Shown piece after piece: positions 11,447 through 23,348 of a DNA stretch of 64,000 bases. Under the pieces are notes generated by a model. It was not told the origin of the DNA and did no database searches. It worked only from the letters and a program-made list of their open reading frames with translations. The DNA lies in assembly GCA_964016885.1 (NCBI GenBank), contig OZ024742.1, forward strand, positions 234,236,001-234,300,000, read 5' to 3'. Position 1 is the first letter of the stretch. The number at the start of each line of letters is the position of its first letter. Source of the DNA: Eledone cirrhosa (Eukaryota). A program made the position numbers and the translations under genes.

Positions 11447-13661
11447 ATTAAATTTTGTATTAAAATAACACCTTATGCCATTTTATTAAAATCTACACAT
11501 GACAACTTCTTCAATGCTGGTGCTACAATAAAATGCACTCAGTAGAGTGTCGGAATGTATGTAAGAGAGATGTAGGATCCCAACCCTTCTGAGAGGTCAC
11601 TAGCTCAGCTAGAGTACTGACTCTGTCTGTGACAACCCATCTAACCCTTGCTATATATATCATCATCATCATCATTTATGATGACGGTGATATATATATA
11701 TATATAACATTAATTGAAAAGATTTGAAGCAATGAGTGTATATGTTAGTCTACACCCTCCATCCTTCTATCCATCTCTCCATCTTTCTCCACAAGTCCTG
11801 CTCCATCGTTTTCGGCCCCATTTTTCTCCTCTTCTCATCTTCCCATCTCTCTCTCTCTATACTCTCTCGTTTCTCATCTCATACTTTGACTCTCTTTCTC
11901 CCTCTCTCCGATTTGTGGTTATATCTTACCCCCAAAATGTTTGCTATGCAAATAGTATCCATCTGTTCACGGCTACCTTTCGCGCTGAGAATACACAAAT
12001 TTTATGAATATATATATATATATACTCCATCCTCCCATTTCTGTCCATTGTGTCGGTGACACAACAAAAAGCACCCAGTCCACACTGTAAAGTGGTCATG
12101 TAGGAGACATGGTAAAAAGGCACTGTAAATGTGGTTGGTGCTAGGAAGGGGATCCAGCCATAGAAAACCTGCCAGGGACAGTTCTGTATGAATGAGACAT
12201 GGTCTCTCGACCAATCCCGCATCAAGTGGAACAAAACCGTCTAACCCATGCTAGCATAGAAGATGGATGTTAAATGATGATGATGATGATGCACACGTAT
12301 ATGTATTTGCATATATATATATGTATATATATATGCAAATACATATATATTCAAGGCATGTGTATCTCTTATGTAATTCCCAAGTCAAATCGATGTGACA
12401 CAATATGTAACAAGGTTGGACGTTTGAATTACAGCTACAATCCATCTGACGGGCTTTGACGCAGTTTCTGTCGACCTAATTTCACTCTCAGGTTTTGGAT
12501 CAACTTGAGGTAATGATAAAGACACATGTCCACGATGCCATGCAGTGGGAACAAACTCAGGACCTCATGATTGTGAAGGAAAGATCTTAACCTTTTAACC
12601 ATATATATGAGGGACTCACTGTTGAAAAGGATGTAGGAGCATCAAGTTGTTTAATCAACTATATATATATTTGTATCTCTGCGTTTGTCATTTTTAATCT
12701 TGAGCTACTTTTTAGCTAATTAGTTTTAATGGGTTTTGATTGGTTGTTTTCCTTGCTCTGCTTCTTATTATGTTTATAGAAATTATTTATCGTTTTAGTG
12801 CCTAGATTATGTGTATTTCTTTCTGTATACTTCATATGCCTATGAATATACTTAGTGGCACCATCATGTCTCCTTTTAATCATTGTGATGAAGACCATAA
12901 AATTTGTACACTATTCTTCCACACCTGTACAACTATCAGACTGTTTGTACTATACAGTTTAATAGGTTGTGATTTAAGGACCTTTCTGTAAGGTGGAGCT
13001 CTAAATGTTCTTATTTGACACAATGATAAGAGTAAAGCTGTCATGGTTGGTCTCAATAAAACGAGCATGATTTGATGGTATAAACAATGTTAGAAATGAC
13101 AGGGATATATGATTGCAGACATGAGAGATTCAGGAAATTTCATTCCATGCTTATTATTTATGTTTTGATAAAACGGATGACAAAAGTGAACAGAGAAAAT
13201 AAATGCATCTGTTTGTTTAAAATAGAATTATCTATTTTGTTAATTATTTGATTTGAAACTATGTTTAAATCTTCAGATAACTTGTGGAAATACCAAGATT
13301 AATAAGAGAATCATAACAAATTCATGAAGCAAAATTATGAATTATAGACCATTTGTGTGTAAATATTTTGTATGAAAGAAATATAGATAGGTTAATGATG
13401 TGAGTAAAGAATTTAGAGAATGTAAGAGATAGTCATGACAGGCTGTCATAGTCAACTGACCTGAGAAAGCCAGCAATGGCCAAACTGGCTACAGCCAACT
13501 GTGCAGCTATCAAAATCTTCCACCAAATAAGAGGATGACCACTTTTTGCTTTGCTTTATTCTATTTGGTCATTTACTGGGATTTGCACCAAAATGTTGAA
13601 TATTAATATGCCAGTGCACAAAATAAGAACATTTTTGTTGTTTTGTACAATCAAAACTGGC

Positions 13662-16600
13662 TGTAGCGACGTGGTTAGTCAGTCTGGTCACTACTTCTGA
13701 TCAGATCCGAGAATAGCCCTTAAAAGGACTGTTATCGCATACGGTCTGATCGGATCTGAGGGTAGCCCTTAAAAGGACTGTTGTCTCATACGGTAAGGAT
13801 GAACAGACGAAAGCACAAGTTGAAAGGATGAGCAAGGCGAGAGATGTAGTTTTGGTCAGCTATTTATTTTCATAAATGAAGCGACGATACAGAGGTACAA
13901 GGCGTGTGTGAGTGACAAGCGTGGCAGAGGAGAGGAACAACGATACGCGAGTTGACTCTGCCAAATGTCGACTGGCGAAAGTGTTTGGAACCATTCTATT
14001 TATACAAAAATAATCATTTGATGTTTAGCCGCTGCGTAGGCGTTTTATTTTGGTGGCTTTAAGGATTGTTTGTTTCACAGTGAGGTAGCTAGCTAAGCAG
14101 ATAGATGGAGCTGTTTATTTCATAGATGTTATTTCCGGTGGCTGTACATTAGGCTCCTGCCAGATCTTTTGTACAACAAAAGAGCGAAATATTGTATAGT
14201 AATGAGCCAGCGGTGCATTTGTCATGACAATAGCCCAAGGTGTGTCCAGCACGTTGTGAAGTTTGGTGATCATCGAGTATAGGACAGAGTCGATGTAGAG
14301 ATGATATGGCAAGATGTGTGTGTCAGGAAGAGAAAAAAGAAATAAACTATAAAATGACTTTGACCAGATTTATGCAGGCGTGATGAATGAGCCTGTTGCA
14401 ATTTGGGTTGAGCTGCCTGACAAAAAGTCTAACAGGGCAGTGAAAATAACCGTAATGTGTGAACTGAATGGTCGTAAGCATGCTGCCTAAAAGTAACAGT
14501 TTGCTCCAAAGCATATGACTTGAGCGAATGCATATTGGTAAAAAATAGCGAGGCATTCTCGAGCTATTGATGAATGTGTACGTGAAAAAAGAAGGCCAGT
14601 GTTTTGAGGATGCGATTTGTGAAATGCGTGATCAAAGAAAAAACATTTTGTAGTGTAAAAGTTAGAGGGACAAAAATATCTATTGCTCCGTGTATGAACC
14701 AAAGGTGAATAAAACGTGGTTATGTAGTGTGCATGGAAAATAGAATATGTACACGCCTTGTATGTATATAAAAATTATGGCAATTACACAATTAATGTTG
14801 CAGAACAAGAAAAATAAAAAATGTTTGCAAAACAAGAGAGAGAAGAAAAAAAAAATGTTATACACAATGCTATACACAATGTTTGTTCTTAAATAGTGTT
14901 TGTAATAGATAATGTTCATAATAAATAATGTTCTTCATGACATGAGCACATGGTCACTAAAAATTGCAATTGTTCAAGCAGAAAGTTCATTGTATTTGGA
15001 ACTGGAAATAGTAAACACAAGGAAAATGGAAATGTTTTGCAAGAAGAATGATTAAGAAACTCACTTGAGGTTAACGGTAATTCACATATTGTGCCAACTT
15101 GGCGGGCCAATGGACACGTCGTTCACTTCTCGTGACTGGAGATGAAACAGGTGGCTTGTTGGGACAGCAATCTGTTGGAGTTTCTGGTGTAGAGACTGTA
15201 ATAGTATCCATGATGGCTTTTTTTAATCTGTCCACGCTGACAGAATTCTGTTTACCATCTAGATCGAGAATAAAATATTTCAGATATTTTTTTAGAACAC
15301 GATAAGGGCCAGAATATGGAGGTCGAAGATGAGCTGAGATGGTGTCGTTTCGAACGAAAACGTGTGTCCAATCTTTAATGTCTGAAGGTACGTGTGTGGC
15401 CGTGTTCTGTTGACGGGTGCTTGCAGGAGCAAGGTGAGACATATATTGTCGAAGATGGTGTACGTATGATCCTGGGTCTGGGACATCCTGAGGAGAGATG
15501 GGAGCAACCATCTGACCAGGTAGAACCAGGGTGGTGCCGTACACTAATTCTGCAGGTGTGTGTCCGAATTCCTCCTTAACGGTGGATCGAATGCCCAGAA
15601 GGATGAGTGGTAGGTATTCAAACCAGTGGGTCTTGTCTGGATATGCTTTTATTGCAGCTTTCAATTGGCGATGGGATCTTTCCACGAGACCATTAGCTTG
15701 CGGGTGGTAAGCTGTCGTGCGGATGTGTTTACATCCTAACAAACGAGTCAGTTCCCTGAAGAGGTGGGAGTCAAACTGGCGTCCTCTGTCCGTTGTTATC
15801 TTCGCTGGGGTGCCATAACGTGATACCCAGTGTAAAACCAAAGTTTTCGCGACTGTTTCCACTGAGGTATCACTTATGGGAAAAGCCTCAGGCCAACGGG
15901 AAAATCGATCTATGCAGGTGAGTAAGTGTGTGCAGTTCTGTGATGGTGGTAGAGGTCCGACGATATCGATATGCACATGATGAAAATGTGCATCAGGTTG
16001 CGCGAATGTGCCGAGTGGAGTTTTGATGTGTCTGTGGACTTTGGCTTTCTGGCAGGCAATGCAGCTCCTGGACCAGTCGCGCACGTCCTTGTTAATGTTA
16101 GTCCAAACAAAACGAGCAGAGATGTGTTTCTGTGTAGCCTGTGAGACAAGCAGTGTAAAGCAGAAAAAACTTGTCGACGATGCATCTGTGGTATGTACAG
16201 TCGTTCATGACCGGTAGAAAAGTCGCACCAAATTTGTCCCGGAGAAGAAGGAATGGGAACTTGCTGAAACTTGAGGGATGGTGAATCTCGGAGCTTGATA
16301 AACTCTTCGTCAGTCTCTTGGTCAGCTGCGATCTGTTGAAGGTCGATGCCTGAATGCACATGTATTGCGTTCAGCTGGATTTGGGACAGGGCGTCGGCTG
16401 CTACGTTGTCTGATCCCTTGATATGCCGAATATCAGTTGAATATTGGGAGACAAAATCCAGGTGGTGGAGTTCTCTCGGTGAATGTCGATCAAGTTTGGT
16501 ACGGAACGCATAAACTAGTGGTTTATGGTCCGTGTAGATCACAAAATCCGATCCTTCAAGCATGTGACGAAAATGTTTAACCGAAAGGTTGGTTGCCAAG

Positions 16601-16745
16601 AGTTCGCGGCCAAATGTACTGTATTTGGTTTCTGCAGGTTGCAACCGCTTAGAAAAGAAAGATAAGGGTTGCCAAACGCTGTCGACATGTTGTTGTAAAA
16701 TGCCTCCAACCCCCATGTCTGATGCGTCCACTAGCATCTTATTGT
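13662..16745 (-). mobile_element. Ty3/Gypsy remnant: RNase H + integrase and probable 3' LTR, in PHF24 intron 3
   Basis: LVDASDMGVG, RELLA, YTDHKPL (RNase H); [38 protein letters not shown] (integrase). The left end TGTAGCG with a minus-strand AATAAA and a 49-bp tandem repeat suggests an LTR; its inner boundary was not found. Confidence 0.88.
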
Positions 16746-17386
16746 GATCACCCTCTTTTTTCCTCTGGTCTACAAATGGTATGTCAGTGAAAATACGAGT
16801 TAGCAGCAATGCCATCAGACACCTTGTGGAAAAGTAGTTTTAGTCATTCAGGAATATATAAAAGCTGTTATGTTCATTTTCATGTTTTCTTAGAATAATT
16901 ACTATAAAGTGCCCAAAATATCTTGACACAATTCTACCTGACCACAAACACAATAATTTCCAAGAGATATGATCAATATTGAAACATGCCTAAAACAATC
17001 AATTACTTTTTGCTTCCTGTTCAGCTGTCACATCCACTCAGTTTTGGAATAGGTTTCTTGACAGTGTTTAAAGTGTGTTGACAATGTTATAGTATTTCTT
17101 GATTACAATATTTCATTTAAAACAACTGTATCAGGTTTCTATCTGAGTTCCAAACCTGGAACCTTTCATTTGTTCTCTTATTGCCCCTCCATCCCCACCC
17201 TAAAAAAAAAAAAAGCATCCAACATCAAATAGTGGACCGTGACGAAAACTAACATTGTTTGCTAAGAGTAAACAACTGATTGTAGACAATAAGGAGTGAC
17301 CATTCAGTGGAAATATGCTGTTCAGAACCAGTCAAATATAATTCATCACTAGGATATATACAGACTGAGGGGCCTGAAGAAATTAA

Positions 17387-17670
17387 ATGGACACATTCTC
17401 TGCCTACAATTTAGTCACTACAGCCACAAATCCCACTACTGTGGCCTACAATGCAGAGGAAAAGAAGACAAACAAATACCAGGGATTGTCTGGTCGTTTC
17501 CTCTTTACACCGGTCGCTGTCGAAACCTCAGGCATACTCGGACTCCGTACTGCTGAGCTCCTCCACAAGATCGGAACATCAGCAGCCTGTCTGAGGAAGA
17601 AGCTCTGCAAAGTATGGTGGCTGTTGCAGTGAGTGTTGCTGGCCATTGTCATGGAAATGCTTTTGCAGTC
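17387..17670 (+). mobile_element. CRE-like non-LTR element, C-terminal restriction-like endonuclease fragment
   Basis: DTFSAY...AEEKKTNKYQGL...FTPVAVETSG; same domain as 40423-40881. Confidence 0.7.
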
Positions 17671-18003
17671 TTGTCCGCGAGGCACAGCCCCAATACCTCT
17701 ATGCCCTAGGCCAGAATACATCACTCTAATCCCTTCCTCCTCCCTTTCTTCTATGACCCTAGAGTCCTTACTTTCCCTTCCTTTTCCTCTCATTTATGGC
17801 TTTCATAGTCCTTTCTTCTACTTTCCCATACAGCCAGATCTGCCCTTCCTTACCCCTTACAGAAAGGTATATCATAATTTGGCACTCACTGGCATTTCAC
17901 TCTTGAAAAGCCACCTCAGACAGTTGAAAAAGGCTAACTGCACACACACAACCACATTTATTTTGTATGAACATTCTGGAACATCACCCATCAATATTAT
18001 TAA

Positions 18004-18968
18004 CTATATATCTAAAACAGAGAATGTCTGTCTGTCTGTCTGACTCCCTAAAACTCGAGAACCACCCAACCGATTGTTTTCAAACTTTACACATGTAATA
18101 CTTATGGTCGTGTGAGTGTTTTGAGCAAAAGAAATTTGAAATTTTCAATGCCCTGGGGACCGCATTAGACCGAACGTCGCGCCCTTATAATATCTGTCTG
18201 TATGTCTGGCTGTCTGCATTACGACATTATAACACTATCTGTGTGTGTGTATATATGTATATAGAGTGTGTGTGTATATATATATAGTGTGTAACGTTTT
18301 TCTAAATATTTACTTCTGTGTTCACAGATTGATTCTTTTAGTTTCAGAAGATCCCGTTAAGGGTGAAAGCAGCGATTCTTCGCTTAAACTTTAATCTGTT
18401 ATTTTAATATATATATATATAATTATATATTCGTGTACAGATATTTTTGCATACACAAAAACAAAATATAAACAGCAACAAAAACAACAACAAAAAAGAG
18501 AGGGAACGCAATTACATGCTTTTGAAAAATCGTAATGGAAAATTATTTGCCTATTCACCCAAGGCGACTTCACTTTTTATTAGGACTTCTGCATCAATTG
18601 GTGAAGATACGACGAAACATTGAAAGGAGTAAGACAACACCACTCTCTACCACTGCAGTCCCACATGCTTACTGCCCTGTAACTATTGCTTTCATTGTAC
18701 CATAGCACAACAAATACATGTTCAGTTTGTCAAATGCCTTTTTACTTAACCTTATTGTCTTGGCTTTCGCGGGTTGAACATTTCACTCTCAGGCACCCAA
18801 TTAAGTTAAACCCCTGGTAATCTACAACAAATTTTTTTATAAGCACAAAATGTAGACACAATCCCGAGGCCAAGGTATTCCATACTTCTCTGTACTGTTT
18901 CAGAAAGGAGGGATAAACATGCCAATCTATGTTTAGAAGCCCGGGCAATGCCAGGCCATTCTGCTCAT
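18004..18968 (+). mobile_element. Helitron-like non-autonomous element
   Basis: 5' CTATATATCTAAAACAG followed by (GTCT)n; GC-rich 3' hairpin GCCCGGGCAATGCCAGGC; terminal CTAG degenerate. A similar 5' end occurs at about 62898. Confidence 0.55.
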
Positions 18969-19189
18969 CATATCTATTTATTGAAATGATAAATATTTAC
19001 AATGTAAATGATTTATTGTTATTTTTTATGTGTTTTTCCTTCCTTCAACGCCTCATGACTCCCACACCAACAAATATAATTTCACTTCACAACATAGCTG
19101 AAGATAGTTTGAAAAAATATCAAGTTGTTCTTTATTCTTTATATTTATGTATGTCACAAGAAATTTGCTTGATGTTCCTCTTTTTGTAG

Positions 19190-19389
19190 ATACTGCTATC
19201 ACACATGCAAACTTCTTACGTTTTCAAAGAGGAGTGTATAATAATATTTATGGAGAGGATATGAAGCCTGAAGAAATGAGGAAATCTATGGGGCATTTTG
19301 AACATATGGATATACAAGATAAAGGAGAACTTGCCTGGAAAGATTTTATAAACAGCGAAGTCGTCAGTACTCTCAAACACCGACCTGAA
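19190..19389 (+). CDS. PHF24: PHF24-like exon 4, EF-hand-like
   Basis: TTTTTGTAG acceptor, phase 1 completes Asp; FEHMDIQDKGELAWKDFINSE is an EF-hand-like loop; ends LKHRPE|GTAATG. Confidence 0.88.
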
Positions 19390-19661
19390 GTAATGTTATG
19401 CACCTTTTATACCACAAGTTATTTCTATAAAAATTGACTAGCAAATTTTGTAAACTATTCAAAATTACCATTTTGAATAGTTTTCACAGTCTGTCTATTG
19501 CTAAAGCTGTTTATAACAAATCATTAATTTTATCAATGTAAATTTTCCACACTATATATTTAAAAAGATGATAACTTAACAGGTTTACCATTTTTGTTAT
19601 AGAATGTGTCTTCAATTTTATTTTTAAACACTTATTTAATTATTTTCCCTTTGATTTATAG

Positions 19662-19837
19662 TTTAAGATAACACATCTTCTAAAAACAAAAGAAATAGAA
19701 GAAATGCGTACAATATTCAGAAGTGTTGATATTCAAGGCCAAGGATCTGCCAAAACTCTAGCTGTTCAGTGTGCATTCTGTAAATGGCTAATAAAAAGGA
19801 AGAAAATTACTGTTCCAAAATATAAATCCAAAGAGAA
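19662..19837 (+). CDS. PHF24: PHF24-like exon 5
   Basis: TATAG acceptor; FKITHLLKTKEIEEMRTIFRSVDIQGQG...KW open throughout; donor AA|GTGAGT, phase 2. Not in the ORF track. Confidence 0.85.
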
Positions 19838-19999
19838 GTGAGTCACTTTAATGCCAGACTTTGTTATATCTATGAAGAATGTATGAACTCCGTCATAGGA
19901 AACGAAGGGACCTACCTTTGCATCTCCACATGTGTCCAGACTGAATCTCCCTGCATGGATGTTCACCTCTTTCAAGCCTCATACTCTTATTCATAGCAG

Positions 20000-22900
20000 T
20001 CAGGAACACACATGTCCACACAGTACGGCTTCTTGACAAAAGAGAGATCAAAAGGCCGCACACATTTCCAATGTGACGTCACTGGCCCTTCGCTTCCTGC
20101 AAGACCTTCCTTCCATTTCCGACACCCTACTCGCCGCCTTCTGTTCTCAAGGATCAATCACCCATCATATCACTCCATGTCAAAGTCCATCATCCATCTC
20201 TCGTTGCAATCTCTGCTCAGTTAGTGTGGCACTTTCGTTCTCCTTTTCTTCAAAGTCTGTTAAATCAACAGCTCTGCAAACATCCAAGACATGATGTGGC
20301 ATTCCATCAACAGGCACGTTTTGGGTATTTATAGCTGTACTATTCCCTTTCCCACGTATTTGGGGGCTTGACTCAGACTTCTTCGCCCACTTGTACGAAG
20401 GCATTCTCTCTCTCTTCCACAGACCAATGTAATAATGTGCACGGATGTTGCCATTCATATCTATATATCACCCTATGTGGCATCAACTCCTCAGCCTGTC
20501 CCACCTAAAGTGACATGTACCAGAACACTACCTTCATTGGTGAAATGTCTACTCTCTTCCATGGCCTTGATCGTGCAATGGTGTCTCTCTACGATCCCAT
20601 TTCTACTCGTCCTGTACACCACTTGAAGAAGCGGCTCACATTTCAAGTATCTCCTTCAGCATCTCAGAGCAAAATGCCGGGCTGTTATCCATCAACAGTT
20701 CATCCACAGGGCCCTTCTCCAGCATGTGTGAGGTTTCCTCCACAGTCCCCATCTTCATATTGTCATCTACTCCAGTCCGCAATCAACCCTCAAGAAATAC
20801 GTCCCCTGTCGGTAGTGTGTCACATCCACTGCCAATAACTTCCAGTTGTGCTCCACTGGGATGTTACCCGTCTCGTGCATGCCCAGGGGTGGGGTCGATA
20901 GATTGACATCTGTCGCAAATCCCAACCACATTCTGAACACTCTGTCTGGTAACATCGGAGTCAACTTACCTGACTAGAACAGGGTCCTATCCACTCCCAT
21001 ATGATGTGTGGTGTGTACCTCCTCAACTCCAAGTCACCCAACCAACACACTGCATTTATATCCTTTTCCACATCCTCTGACACTTCCAACCAGGCTTTCT
21101 TCACCCTGGTCAGGATGTCAGCCCTATTTTTTTCCAAGGACACAAAGACAACACTCAACTTCAGACCAAACTCAGCAGCCAGCTTTTCCAGAGTTCCCAG
21201 GTGGTGCTTTATTAGCATTTCTGCCGCCCCTCTCACTGGTAAGCACTGATTTCACCAATCTGAGTACAGTGGCTGAATCAGTACAAATCTCTATAGTCTG
21301 CAGCCCCCCATCTCTGGGTGATATTCACTCCCTTCAACAGTGTCCAATTCAGCCACAATGATGTGGTTGCAGTCCTCATTCTTCCTGAGCCAGGCTGCAT
21401 CCTCGACCCTCACACCTCCTATTTCCAGAGCGATTCATAGCGCTATATTGCTGGCATCACACCATACAGTCCCATTCTCCAATTTGGGTACATACCAGCT
21501 TCCTCTTACTGGGTCCTCCGCCTTTACCCTCTCCACAATCTCCCGCATATGGGCTACCGTCCCCCTCCTACTCTGTCTCCTCATCTCATGCTGTTCACTT
21601 GTCCTACTGTTCGGAGCCACCCTGCAATTAAATAGTGGCCCACCAGTTACCCTCACATTGAAAAAAGTTCCCATCTTCCATGCCGGTGTCCAGTTCTGGG
21701 ACTTTATTTCTCCTCCAAAATACCAATGCACCTGTCTTGTCTCATTGCGGCTCCTCCTTCTATCACCTCTGGTGGTTTTGCAGTTAATCTGAACCTTCCC
21801 AAGTGGCTTGAGACCTCGGCTGCCGACACCGCCATCTCATCTACCAAGATATCATCAATGTAGGAATTAATGACCCTCTTCACCTTGTCCACCTTCCCCA
21901 GAATGGCCTTGAAGACCATCGCCATGATCTTTGGTACTGAATTCAACCCAAACCCTAGCCTGGTTAGGCAGTATGTCTGGCCTTTATACCTGACCAGCTG
22001 ATATTTCCACAGTTTTTCAGCTACGTGTAGCTGCAGATATGCTGACTTTAAGTTGATAATCGTGGAGGCCTCTGTCATTCGTCTCCACTCTCATACGGTT
22101 TTCCTGCAGACATCTGTAACCTCACCACCTGTGTGGCATGACACATGGTCATTCAGTTCAGAAAAGTCCAGCACCAGTCTGACTTTGTTCTTCATTGGTT
22201 TCACTACTACCATTAACAGCAACACTTCACCTCTCCCTCAAACTTGCTCCTAGCATCCCCTTTCAGTGTATGCTGATAGCATCTCACTCTGTTCTTTAAC
22301 ACTGGGAGCTCTCTTTTCCAGTACCACTCAACTATCCACTGCTGACCATTGAACATAGCCCTGAAATCCTTGTCTAGTATGGTATGAACATCACATTTTT
22401 CTTCATGGATCTCCCAGCTCCCCTGTTGCACACTCACGGCACATGGTGTTCCTGCACTACCAAATGTTACCCCAACCTCACTCACTGTAATGCCTCCTAA
22501 GCAGTTAATCGCATCCATACCCATTACTGCATCAATTCTATTCACTACGTGGTCGATCATGATCAACCACAGCCTTATCTTCATTCCTAGTTCCTCATCT
22601 CCACCTCACTGCTACCTCTGCATCTAATCTCCCTGCTGTTCACTGCCCTACACTACTCATCCTGCTCCACTTTTTAACCACCTCCGGGTTCACTAATGTA
22701 CGACCTGTATTCCACGAGGGCTTGTGGCAGCTGCATCTCCTACCAGAACCTCTACTATGGGCAACGACTACAAGAGCCCCTCTACATGCTTCCGGGGGTA
22801 GCTACTGGTGCAGTAACTCTCTTTGATCATTTCCCTGGTTGCAATTGTTGATGATGTGACCTGCCCACTTACATTGATAGTAAATTATTTCAGGCTTCGT

Positions 22901-23310
22901 CTCACTGCAGTCCCTTGCCATGTACTTGAAGTACTGGCCTCTGAATGCCTGCAGCCGAATTTTCATGGGGGCTCTTCTTCCCTCATCATTCATCAATCGC
23001 TGTCAACTGCTATGGGCTTCCGTCGCTGAACATTCCACTCAACGCCTCGTGTCACTACGCAGGCCTGTGTGATTAGCTTGCTCATAGCCAATTTTGTTTT
23101 GCCTGGCAACTTTTGGAGCCTCTCTGAAATTTCTTCAGGGAAACCATTCAGGAACACCATCCACATAGCCCTTTCAAGATTCTCCTGTGAATTTGGCTAG
23201 TGTAGCCAACCTCCAGATTTCTACTGCAAACATATCCACCTGCTCTCCCATCCATCTCACTTTGCCTAGCTTGGCAACAACAGCATAAGATCCTTCAGCA
23301 AATGCTTATT
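20000..23310 (-). mobile_element. Heavily degenerate Ty3/Gypsy element (gag knuckle, protease, RT, RNase H, integrase) in PHF24 intron 5
   Basis: YQCKWAGHIINNC (knuckle remnant), DAVMGMD (protease end), INLKSAYLQL, RLGFGLNS, YIDDIL (RT), WCDAS (RNase H), WKLLAVDVTHY (integrase), in Gypsy order. Confidence 0.85.
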
Positions 23311-23348
23311 AACTTGGACAAATATTTCCTTTAATATAACAATTATAA

